A stretch of 64,000 nucleotides of DNA. Origin: Octopus sinensis (taxonomy: Eukaryota). The notes under the pieces are model-generated. The model had not been told where the DNA came from and made no database searches. It was given only the letters and a program-made list of their open reading frames with translations. The position numbers and the translations under genes are program-made. Shown in pieces: positions 52,916 to 64,000 of this stretch; within the stretch, counting starts at the first letter, position 1; each line of letters opens with the position of its first letter. Where the stretch lies: positions 51,460,001 to 51,524,000 of the forward strand of contig NC_043003.1 of the NCBI RefSeq assembly GCF_006345805.1, written 5' to 3'.

Positions 52916-54532
52916 TCCCCTCTAACTCCTGTTGTTCAACACCCAAGTCAACCAACTATCAAAAGTATTCCAGCTATGACCATCCCATATTTTTATCTTT
53001 TTACCAGACCATATTATACTATGTATCCTTTTTTTTTTATGGTAGTTTGTGATAAGGAGATCTGGCTGCTATTTATAGCAGGTCAAGTAACCTACAGAGT
53101 TTCCCTCATTATAGTTAATAGGTGTTGTTGCAGATGTATATCAGTGTTTATATTGCTGTGGTTGATAGGTGTTACTGTCACTAGTATCACTGAGTATATT
53201 CTGGATATTTATTGTTTACAGTCATGTCTGCTGCAGCGTGCATATAGTTCTTAGGAGTTGTTGTGGTTAATTGATACCAGCGTGTGTGCTTCCTTAATTC
53301 TTTGCGTCTCAATCCTTAATACCATGAAAACCCAGCACCATGATGAACTAATGATAGAGCCTTTTGCATCAGTAATTCTCAACCAGGACCCATACGGCCC
53401 TTGCAGTGCACGTAAGATTTTCTGTTAACATTTTTGAGCAATACACCAAACAATACACCAAACAATTTAAAGAATTTTTAAAATACAATTCCCACAATAA
53501 TATTTAATAATAAAAATAGGATTTTTTAAACAATGAATGGCTGGGAGGGTTAGGGTTAAGAATCAAAGGGGTCCATAGATAAAAAAAATGGTTGAGAACC
53601 ATTGCTCTATATGCTTGCTTCATTTGGTAGAAATAGTTTAATTCCCTTCAAATACTATCTATTCTCTTCAAAAAGGAAAGCACATTAGATAATGTTCTCT
53701 GAGATGTCATTTTGTCTGAAAAAAGGCAGGTTGAAGCGCATTTGATCATATGTATAGTTGATTAGGTCTGACCTGGAGCTAACAACATAAAAACTATGAA
53801 ATCAAACATTTCTTCCATAAAAAATAGTTTATTACTGGCGTGGCTGTGTGGTAAGAAGCTTGCTTCCCAACCACATAGTTCTGGATTCAGTATCACTGTG
53901 TGGCACCTTGGGCAAGTGTCTTCTACTATAGCCTCTGGTAGACAGAAACTGAAAGACCGTCGTGGAAGCTGGACTTTTCAGGCGAGATGACAAAGGGCTG
54001 AGACACCTGGCGCCTGGTCGTAATCAAGACCCGTACCCAACAGCAGAAGTGTTAAGACCGATCCTTCTAGTGGTGTAAAGCACTCGTGGGGGTGCCACGT
54101 AAAAGCGCCCGTGCGGTGTCCGTAAAAGCACCCAATACACTCTGTAAAGTGGTTGGCGTTAGGAAGGGCATCCAGCCGAAGAAACCACGCCAGATTAGAC
54201 TGGAGTCTGGCGCTACCCCACCCACTCACCTCAGCTTGCCAGCTGTGGTCACACCGTCCAACCCATGCCAGCACGGACAACGGACGTTAAATAATGATGA
54301 TGATGATGTGTGTTGGTGTAATATGTTTATCCCCCACCATCGCTCAACAACCGGTGCTGGCATGTTTATGTCCCCGTAACCAAGCGGTTCGGCGAAAAAG
54401 GCCTATACAATAAGTACCAAGCTTTAAAAAAATAAGTGCTGCGACCGCTACATTCGACTAAAAATTCAAGGCAGTGCCCCAACATGGCCGCAGTCTAATA
54501 ACTGAAACAAGTAAAAGATGAAGATACCTTAC

Positions 54533-54707
54533 CTTCAAGAACTTCATGTTTTGCTTTGGTATCCTCCAAACTTTCCATCATAGCAGACTTAGATAAATCA
54601 ACATTTGGAATTGATTTCTCACGTGGAAATAACATGGGAAGTTTTCCTTTGATCCACAGAGAAAAGCACGTGTCAACAACAGTAGATTTGAAGGAAGGAA
54701 ATTCCAT
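54533..54707 (-). CDS. MCPH1: Microcephalin first coding exon; start at 54707 or more likely 54581/54578 (MMESLEDTKAKHEVLE)
   Basis: Donor GAAG|GTAAGG, phase 1, equivalent to the human exon 1 junction before DVVAYVEV. An acceptor at 54787 (ttttattccag|) implies an upstream UTR exon. Confidence 0.7.
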
Positions 54708-54970
54708 ACGTAAACATTACATTTTCTTCCGAATTAGCCAGATAATACATCATTGTTCTTATTCAGGACTGGAAAGCGCGGTCTTCCTGGAATAAAACGT
54801 AAGAAATAACTTAAACACAGGCATTAGAATTAACAAATAACAGTTAACATGTCGCTGTTAGAAATTTCATCTACAGACGCTTCACACTAAGTAATCTTTA
54901 AAATACTGTTCATCTTAAATCTCCACTGTTTGAAATTCCGAGTACCAATTTGTGAACTTTCAGTTTCCAT

Positions 54971-55019
<49 letters not shown>

Positions 55020-55128
55020 TAGACACGAGTGAATAAAAAGGAAATAGCACATAACACATTTGCTAGGACTTACGTATATTGATGAAATGAATTCCGTTTT
55101 ACGCGCCCACCAACTTCAAGTCTGTCAA

Positions 55129-55403
55129 TATATAACATTCACATCACATCCTGATCATGTTAAGTGAATTAAAAAAAAAATTGTATGTGAATATATTGCA
55201 CCATCTAATCTATAGCTTATTTTTATCAATGACGAAATCAATCAGAGAGTTAATAATTCATTTTGGCTAAAGTATTGATTATCTTATTTATTTCGTCATT
55301 GTTAAGAATAAGATATAAATTAGATTCTGCAATATATTCCACAAACAACTTTTTTTTTTTACTTCACTTAACATGATCAAGATGTAATGTAAATACTGTA
55401 TAT
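55129..55403. repeat. AT-rich fold-back element with arms >110 bp
   Basis: acatcctgatcatgttaagtgaa...atgacgaaat pairs with atttcgtcat...ttcacttaacatgatcaagatgt. Confidence 0.8.
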
Positions 55404-57384
55404 AAAATATTTAAATGCATACAAAATCACACTAATGTCTAGATAAATTAATATTAAGCAAAAGTGAGCTAAGGAAACTGAATTAACACTTCAAGAAAAC
55501 ATTTTATATAACAGATCTCTGTCCAAAAAGTTGACGTTTTATTTATCTGTTGACCTTAACAATTATGTCGTTTGTTTTCGTTGTCAAATATCTTATAGCA
55601 GATAGTAAATTTCTCTGTGGGAAATCTACAACTATCCAGTAAGTGTTTACCGTTAATAAAACAGTAAAATATATAAATAATCCAACTTACATTTAAAATA
55701 AAAATAAAAATATCGGCAAATACAAGGTATTTGAAAGTAGCGCCATATCACTTTAGTCAGCTTCTTTGAAAAGTTCTATTAACAATCTGTCTACAGACAT
55801 TTTTTAAAATTATTAATTTTTGTTAACTAATGTGAATATATTAATATTTTAATTGATAAATAAAAAATATTTTATACAATATTTAAATATTTATGAGTTT
55901 AAATAAACATAACATTAAAAAATAAATTACGAAACGTCGGATAACAATACAACAATAATAACAATGGCTTTCGAGTTGATAAGTTTTATTGAAAGGAAGA
56001 TATTTTTTATTTGTCTCGCGAAAATACAGAATAGTTTATGTAAAGTTTACTAAAAGCAATTGAATTATATGTCACAACTATCTTATTCTAGACAAATAAC
56101 ATTTTTGAGTATTCTATTTAATATTTAAATAAAATAGTGTTGTCATATATGTACTATCAGAATCTAGGACATCTCTACTATGACCCTACGTGGCACCTCC
56201 AGAAACTCACTTTGTGCCTTTGCCGTTATACATTCACACGCACACACAAAGATTTATGCGTATGTGTGTAAACCTAGGCAGTAGACATACAAACATGACA
56301 AATTGGATCTTTACCTTTTGACGGACAGATTTTTAAAATAATTTTTGGTAACTAAACACTTTCAAACCTCGGACACTGGTAGAATGTGTCATATAAAACA
56401 TCTTTTACTCTTAGCATTTTTATTTTTCTAAAGACTGAAAAATTTATGAACAGCCTCAATCGATTTTGAAACATTATTGGGGTCTCACCAGAGGTGTGTA
56501 CATTTGTGTGTGTGTAAATATATAAATACGATCCAGGGACCGGTATGTAGGAAGTTTGTAAGCTTCATGCAGTAGGCAGCCAGTATAGCGAGCAAAAAGT
56601 ATAGTATATGATAAGATACAATACCCATTTATTTTTACTCTAAGCACAAGGCACGAAATTTGGGGGGAGGGGGCCAGTCGATTATATCGACCTCAGTATG
56701 CAACTGGCACTTAATTTATCGACCCCGAAAGGATGAAAGGCAAGGTCAACCTCGGCGGAATTTGAACTCAGAACGTAAAGACAGACGAAGTACCGCTAAG
56801 CATTTCGCCTGGTGTGCTAACGTTTCTTATTTCTTTACTTACCACAAGGGGCTACATACATACGGAACAAACAAGGACAGACAAATGGATTAAGTCGATT
56901 ATATTGGCCCCAGTGCGTAACTGGTACTTATTTAATCGACCCCGAAAGGATGAAAGGCAAAGTCGACCTCGGCGGAATTTGAACTCAGAACGTAGCGGCA
57001 GACGAAATACCGCTAAGCAGTTTGCCCGGCTTGCTAACGTTTCTGCCAGCTCGCCCACCTTACAATAACAATTTATTGACATCAAGAATTATGCACTTTT
57101 TCCCATATCGAAGTTGCAAAGAAATTTGATATGCTGATAATTTCTATACAGCTTACTGTTAGCAAATAATGCTACTAATAATGCGAATAAAATTTCAAAC
57201 TGAGGAAATGGGACAGATAAAATGTATGTTACATATGTTTCTTGACTAACTGTCGCTCATTACGCAAGTGTTATACAATAAACTTTTCTCGGCATAACTA
57301 ATCATCAGGCTGCAACTACCTTAATGAAGTTAACATGTTACACTGAATTCCTAAGTCATCTACAACTCAACGGTAATTAGAAAA

Positions 57385-57385
57385 G

Positions 57386-57448
<63 letters not shown>

Positions 57449-57512
57449 TATATATATATAATATATATATATACAAATAATAAGAGAGAGTCCACCATGT
57501 ATCACTCTAACG

Positions 57513-57581
<69 letters not shown>

Positions 57582-57595
57582 ATATATATAATACT
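57385..57595. repeat. Long (AT)n microsatellites
   Basis: Two near-pure TA tracts; similar arrays occur throughout the window, e.g. 3200, 9325, 28085, 28385, 51125. Confidence 0.95.
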
Positions 57596-57856
57596 GAAAT
57601 TTCGAACTTTTAAAGATTTAAAAATAAAATTTCCAGACGCAAATTTTGAAACCTGAATCCACATGTCCTAGAAAATATGGATGCATGGTAACTTTACCAC
57701 AAAGCATTCTAAGCATAAATGGAATTATAACAGAGGACTTCTACTGTCAGTCTCATAATGTATTCAGACATGATGCAATTGTTTCCAAAGACACTGAGGA
57801 AAAAAATATGTTAATATTTTTCTACTTTAATTTTATTTCTTTAAGAAGAAAAGATC

Positions 57857-58314
57857 GGTGCTACTTTGGTGTGTGATCTGCAAGGGAGATTACTTTTTAG
57901 CTTACTTTTCAATTTCTAAAAACCCGTAAGATTTTTTTCAAAATTCTTACTAGTTTAATAATAAGAAAACCATATAATAATTAAAATAAGCGCGTAGATC
58001 ACCCACCAAAGTAAATTTGCTTACGTAGATCACACGGAAAATAGCCTAAAGTAATCTCATTTTAAGTTGTAGATCACACGCCAAAGTGGCACCTTCCTTT
58101 TTCTTAAGAAATGATGTGAATTTTATGCTGGTTTCCTGTGAAAATGCAACTGCCATCTGGTTTCTTGTAAGGATGCAACTGCCTTCGTCTCGTTGCGGAT
58201 CACATTGTAAAGATCTTTAGTTAACATTTTGTAGGGGGTCTTTAGAAATTGATAAGTAATCTAAAAAGTGACTTAAAGTAATCTCCCTTGTAGATCACAC
58301 GCCAAAGTAGCACC
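57857..58314. mobile_element. MITE with GGTGCTAC TIRs and internal TIR repeats
   Basis: ggtgctactttggtgtgtgatctgcaagggagattacttt / aaagtaatctcccttgtagatcacacgccaaagtagcacc. Confidence 0.82.
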
Positions 58315-58546
58315 AAAAATCTCAAGAATACTAGCAAGAAACAGTAAAGAAAATAATACAAGAGGATACCATAAAAATATTCTCAGTGCTATTTCTGGGT
58401 TAGTATAAAAATTACTAACTTTTCAGTAAAAATGTGACTGTGCCCAACCTGTAATATGACAAGTATCAAAATACCATATTTTAGTTGTACATACGAGCAT
58501 ACGATTATCTCTTGCTAAAATGATAGAACTTAAAGGATGAGTAATA

Positions 58547-58554
58547 TGACGTCA
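58547..58554. promoter_or_regulatory. CRE palindrome TGACGTCA in a relatively CpG-retaining candidate promoter zone
   Basis: Exact 8-mer about 290 bp upstream of a candidate ATG/donor at 58840-58870; function unproven. Confidence 0.3.
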
Positions 58555-58981
58555 CAAGTAGCTGACCCATTTCGAAAGCATGACGGTGTATCCTGCCATT
58601 CCTTTCACACACATGATCAAGTTTCAGTCAAATTTTAGCTTGCAGATTATCATTATCTTTTGATGTATTCATATAAATGTCGATGTGGGCAATCTTTCGA
58701 TATAACTTATCCAGAAAGTGCTATCGTCGTCGTCTGTTTACCATGTCTTTTATTTTACTTCGTTACAATGTGAAACTCAGCATTGATATACGTGTAAAAA
58801 TCAAAAGAAAAGCAAAAAAAATTATAAAATATAAAAACAATGTTGTTCTGGTATACCATAAATACATTAGTGAGTGTAACATGCCAGCTACCTAGAGGCT
58901 CGTAGAAAAGAAATAATGAGAATTGTGTCGGTCTTGCAACCATACCAGCACAGCCCTATGGTAATGTGGGAGCCAATGTAC

Positions 58982-59434
58982 AGATCTTTTCCTTTTGAAC
59001 GGCACATGTCAACACAATTTCTAGTTAACTAAACACTTTAAAACTTCGTATACTGGTAGAATGTGTCAAAATAAAACATTTTTTTCTCTTGGCTTTCTTG
59101 AGAAAATTGTAATTTGTTTGTTTAACGTAGTTTAATTTTTCGAATTTTAACCAATGAATCGCCTCTAGTGAGCTAAAATCATTTGCTGCATCTAAAACTG
59201 AGACAAAATCCTGTCACTAACCCTAAACCTCACCCTAACCCCCCAATTTTTTTTTTTCTTAATTGTTAAATTCGAAAAATTAAACTACGTTAAACAAACG
59301 AATTACAATTTTATCAAGAAAGCCAAGAGAAAAAAATGTTTTATTTTGACACATTCTACCAGTATACGAAGTTTTAAAGTTCTAGTTTTAACTAGAAATC
59401 GTGTTGACATGTGCCGTTCAAAAGGAAAAGATCC
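58982..59434. mobile_element. MITE with ~170-bp TIRs and a perfect 8-bp TSD CAATGTAC
   Basis: gatcttttccttttgaacggcacatgtcaacac... and its reverse complement at the right end; CCCTAA-like core. Confidence 0.88.
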
Positions 59435-59702
59435 CAATGTACTAAGGGAAAATAAAGGAATTACACATTGGATAATGTAGTCATGGATACATTGTGACTA
59501 AATAAAAGAGAGGATAGTAATAGAATACCTTTTATCCTAAGTCTCTTTTATGCTTAATCTAAGCTACATAATAACTTCTCTAAGTTAGCTTAATCGATCC
59601 ACTTTTCAATGGGTGTTTCATGTCACCCTACACAATGAAAAAATATTCACATATTAGTATTAGAATTCCCTTGTGACTTGCTCGACGACTGTAACGAAAT
59701 CT

Positions 59703-60166
59703 GGCAATCAATCGTTTTGAGTCTCAGACTTCTTTGTTATCGACTTGTCAAGATTCGTTCGTTAGTTTCGCGTGAGAGCACGTGTTCTCAAATGTAAACA
59801 CGAAATATTATCACTAATACGACTTTTTTGACGTACATACATATACATACTTTTTTTTTTTGTATGTGTGTGGAACGTAGATAACAAAAATGATGTCGCA
59901 TTTTGAACTTAAGAAAAGCCTTGCATATTTATAATGTGCCAGTTGCATTTTTGTGCATGAATGTTTATGCAGCTATGGTTCGTTCTTACCTGCTTCATTT
60001 GTGTATGTAAAATTCGTAAATTTCCAAGAAGAAAAAAGATCAACGTCGAAAAAGCGGTATTAGTAATAATATTTCATGTGTTTATAGTTGACAACACGTG
60101 CTGTCACGCACACGGAAACTAACGAACGAATCTTGAGAAGCTTGAGACTCAAAACGATTGATTGCC
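59703..60166. repeat. Imperfect inverted repeat (~130-bp arms), one CACGTG per arm
   Basis: ggcaatcaatcgttttgagtctca / tgagactcaaaacgattgattgcc and caagattcgttcgttagttt / aaactaacgaacgaatcttg. Confidence 0.8.
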
Positions 60167-61495
60167 AATACTCTTAACAGAAATGAAGATTCATTTGCAT
60201 GTATCTTTTATCAAAGCAAAACATTGGTTGAGAAATTAAAAAGCAATAAATAAATATACAAACAAACAATTCCAGACGTGGTTATGTGATTAAGAACCTT
60301 GTTTTGCAATTACGTAGTTTCACTTTCAGTTGCATTGTGCAGCACCTTAGATTAGTGTCTTCTAGTATAGCTCTGGGGCAATCAATGCCGTGTGGTAGCC
60401 AGAAACCGTTAAGGCGGCGAGCTGACAGAAACGTTAGCACACCGGGCGAAATGCTTAGCAGTAATTATTTCGTCTGCCGTTACTTTCTGAGTTCAAATTC
60501 CGCCGAGGTCGACTTTGCCTTTCATTCTTTCGGGGTCGATTAAATAAGTACCAGTTACGCACGGAGGTCGATATAATCGACTTAATCCATTTGTCTGTCC
60601 TTGTTTGTCCTCTCAGCCCCTTGTGGGTAATAAAGAAATAGGTATTTCGTCTGTTGTTACGTTCTGAGTTCAAATTCCGCCGAGGTCGACCTTGCCTTTC
60701 ATCCTTTTGGGGTCGAAAAATTAAGTACCAGTTACGCACTGGAGGTCAATGTAATCGACTTGATCCCTTTGTCTGTCCTTGTTTGTCCCCTCTATGTTTG
60801 GCCCCTTGTGGGCAATAAAGAAATAAGAAACCATGCAAGCCTGTCATATGTACATGTACATGTATAATATGTATTTATATAGAATTAAGGTTCAGTTGAA
60901 TTAGGTACTTAAATTGAGGCCCCTTATTAAGTAAATCTAATTTGCACAACCAAACAATATCAGGTGAATATCAAACTCTGTGCAGAAGTGTTTGCACTTG
61001 ATATCCTTTCAGTGTATGCATATAACATGACCCAACTTAGTGAAGAGATCAGCTCTTAGTTGTTTCAGACATGTACTTTATATAAAAATACTTTCTCTGA
61101 TAATATTTCAGAAGTGCAGATTCCAGGATAGGTGAATAAAATTCAAATGAGTAACAAAGATGTGCAGGTGTTAATTCATTATGGCCGTTTCAAGTTATTA
61201 ATGAAAACATTACATCATTGCAAAGAAACCATTTTCATCAGATGACCATATAGACTTCAAACACAAAGGACCGACCAACTGCTTTAACATATTCGTATCA
61301 CTAACTGGAGCTGAAATATTTACATTGACAGAGTATTAAAAAATGTAACTGACTCTCCTGTTAGCTTTGATGGTGAATATTCTACTTCATTTGTCTTTAA
61401 TGACTCCAGGAATTGTATTATCTTAGATCAACATATCTACTTCCTTTAAGATGATCAAATGTGATAAGAAAAGATTCTGCTGTTATTTCTTGTAG

Positions 61496-61591
61496 GTCAA
61501 GTGATAACATACGGGCACCCTCTGTTGTTGTATAGTACCCTCGATCAGTGGAGGTGGTCATCAGTATTGTCTGGTAGTGATCTCGATACAG
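61496..61591 (+). CDS. Candidate internal exon of an unidentified divergent gene: GQVITYGHPLLLYSTLDQWRWSSVLSGSDLDT
   Basis: Acceptor ttatttcttgtag|, donor CAG|GTAATG; 96 nt, a single open frame; no homology recognised. Confidence 0.4.
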
Positions 61592-62899
61592 GTAATGTTA
61601 ATGGTTGTATGTGATTGTATACTCCTAACCACATACACACTAACTCTTAGTCAAAAGGCCTTTTGTCTTTTTTTGTTCTTTTCCTGTCTTGCAAGTTACT
61701 TGACAGCCTCGTTGTGCTGGTGGCACAAACAAAACACCCAGAACACACTGCTGATTGTTTGGCATTAAGAAGGGCACCCAGCTGTAGATACCATACCAAA
61801 GCAGACATTGGTGCTCAATGCAGCCTTGCTGCTTACTGGATCCTGTCAAATCATCCAACTCATACCAGCATGGAAAATAGACATTAAATGATGATGATGA
61901 TGATGATTAACTAATATGTGGTGTATCATGGAAGATGGTGACTGAATGGTTAAGAAGTTTGCTTTGCAATCACTTGGTCTTGATTCCAATCCTATTGCAC
62001 AATACTATAAGAAAATGTCTTCCACTATAAATGCTTGTGATGGGAAATGCAATAGTAGTGGTGGTGATGTGGAATTGTGATGTGCTCATAGGGATGGGAG
62101 ATCATGGTGTTCTGCAGTGGTGATGCATGATAACAGTGAGGGTGACGGTGGTATATAGTGGTGGGGATGAGGATATTTTTTTTTTGTAATTTTTGAATGT
62201 GTTGGTTATGGTGTTTGGTAATGATGCTGGTATAAAGTCTGCATCAAGCTGGCAGGTTTATGAGACAGGAGCTTATTTGGATTTCCAAGGGATTTTGGGC
62301 AGCTGGATGGTACAAACCTCCCCACTGAATGGTAATTTAGCCTGTAGAAATGCTAACCCCAATTGCTGCTGATATTAATTTTCAGCTGAGCTAACTGGAA
62401 TAATTTGAAATGATGTACCTTACTTAATGATACAGTGTAGTACCCAGTCTGAGATAGATATCAGAAGGGCACCTGGCTATAGAAAACTCTGTTTTAGTAT
62501 ATTCTTGTCTGATCCATGCAAGAGCGAAAAAGATGTTAAAATGATGATGATGATCTCTAACACTTCTGGACATGCATATAAGATTAAAAGAAAAAAAAAA
62601 GAATAGCATAGCACTCATGTCTTTTTGAAATATATTTTTCATGCTCTCAAGTAGCTACAGCATGGAATAAACTACCCATGTGAAACATTAACTGGCAGGA
62701 CACTGTATCCTTGAAAAAAATTCTATGCTTCCTGAAAGTCATCAACATTACTCATGATATGCCTTAGCACCCTTTCCTCTTTATGGTTCTTTCCCTGTTC
62801 ACTTTTCTGACTTCTTGTGTTTTATCTAGTGTAGTATGTACTTTTGGCTAGAATTGCTGTCTTTCTTTACTTGACTTATTGCAGCTTTCTGTCTCCTCT

Positions 62900-64000
62900 T
62901 TTATCCTTTCCCAATAAGTTGTAATGCACCTCAGCACTCTAAACAATAAACCCATCATTATAATATTTTACATTTTATGTTTATGTCTTACTTGTGTGGT
63001 TTTCTTGGGTGATGATTTTCATAAAATACCTAATAAGGACATTTGCTTCCTATAGGAAGTGGGAGTACATAATGTTGTTACTGTCACAAGAGATAAAATA
63101 TGACTTGATAATGTGGCCGGTTAATAAGGATCATTTCACAACAGCTTTGGGAGTTTATTTGGGTTAAAAACAATGGTAATGTTTGTGTCTCTCTATAGAA
63201 TTCTCATCATTTCCGTGTTTAGTTATTTGATGCTAATGCTGAGTTTTTTTTTCTTTTGTGTGTATTACTGGTATATTATGTTTCAGCTCCGAATTTAGAA
63301 CTGTAGTTTTTAAGCTGCTTTCAGGAATACTTTCAGATGTATAGTCAAGAATTGTTGAATATATGTCTGCATGTAATGCAGTGTTGTATGTCAACAATCG
63401 GGATAATGCTGAATTCTGTGAATCTTGATTCTGTTTACTGATAGAAATAGTTTGTAAAAAGTGTTTTTACTTTGTTCGCTGATATGTGTGTGTGTGCATT
63501 ATCATAATAGATATTGCCCCTTGTGTTTTGTGTATTATTTTTGCATCAGAATGTGTTATGTTCATCCAATGATGGTGTTTGGTAGTGTTAAGTTAAGCTG
63601 TTGTAGCTGGTGTGTAATTGTGTTTTTGTTATATTGTTTATTGATGCATGTTGTGACAATGATGGGTAAGTTTTTGAGAGTTGGAGTTTGTTTGTTCTGT
63701 GGTTGTAGTGGCTAGATGCATTGAGTAGGTGATATGTCAGTAGAGTTGTTATAGGTGGTTTTGTGAGGTATATGGTTGTATTGATGTAGGTTGTTTAGGA
63801 TATAAAGGGAGTTAAGCTGTGATGATATCATATTACCTCTGAATGTGAAAAGATGTTTCCAAAAGTCATGGGAGCTGTGCTGTTTTCTGACTGTGAGCAT
63901 GGCCACGGGTGTTAGGCACATGGAGCTCAAAAGGTGCTCAAGGTGGTTGTTAGCATGATGATTAATAATTTTGTGGGTGTTTAGCAAGTCATCTGCCAGA
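62900..64000 (-). mobile_element. Possible highly degenerate LINE ORF2 remnant
   Basis: Strand-biased composition (A/C-rich on -) and a weak IP..W/LK-like RT pre-domain segment; many stops. Confidence 0.3.

Overview
AT-rich, microsatellite- and SINE-dense animal genomic DNA, most likely an octopus or other coleoid cephalopod (inferred from repeat style, not verified). None of the supplied ORFs is a complete gene; the coding content had to be rebuilt from splice sites. (1) A + strand multi-exon gene enters from the left edge: 16 phase-consistent exons, <1 to ~23.8 kb, ~500 aa in the window. It encodes a degenerate class I SAM-methyltransferase-like region followed by an atypical kinase-like module (YEDMAPWN...LEYIDYD) and a six-cysteine tail. 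A second, decayed copy of the kinase-like module lies upstream. This order recalls the bacterial O-antigen terminator WbdD (recalled, not searched). (2) Microcephalin (MCPH1) lies on the - strand: 12 coding exons, 54.7 to 32.8 kb, three BRCT domains, ~720-760 aa, convergent with gene 1. (3) A third, divergent + strand gene may begin near 58.8-61.6 kb. The repeats include three decayed mariner transposons, several MITE/fold-back elements clustered at 55-60 kb, RTE and Penelope-like fragments (one with a minimal hammerhead ribozyme) and several tRNA-derived SINE families.
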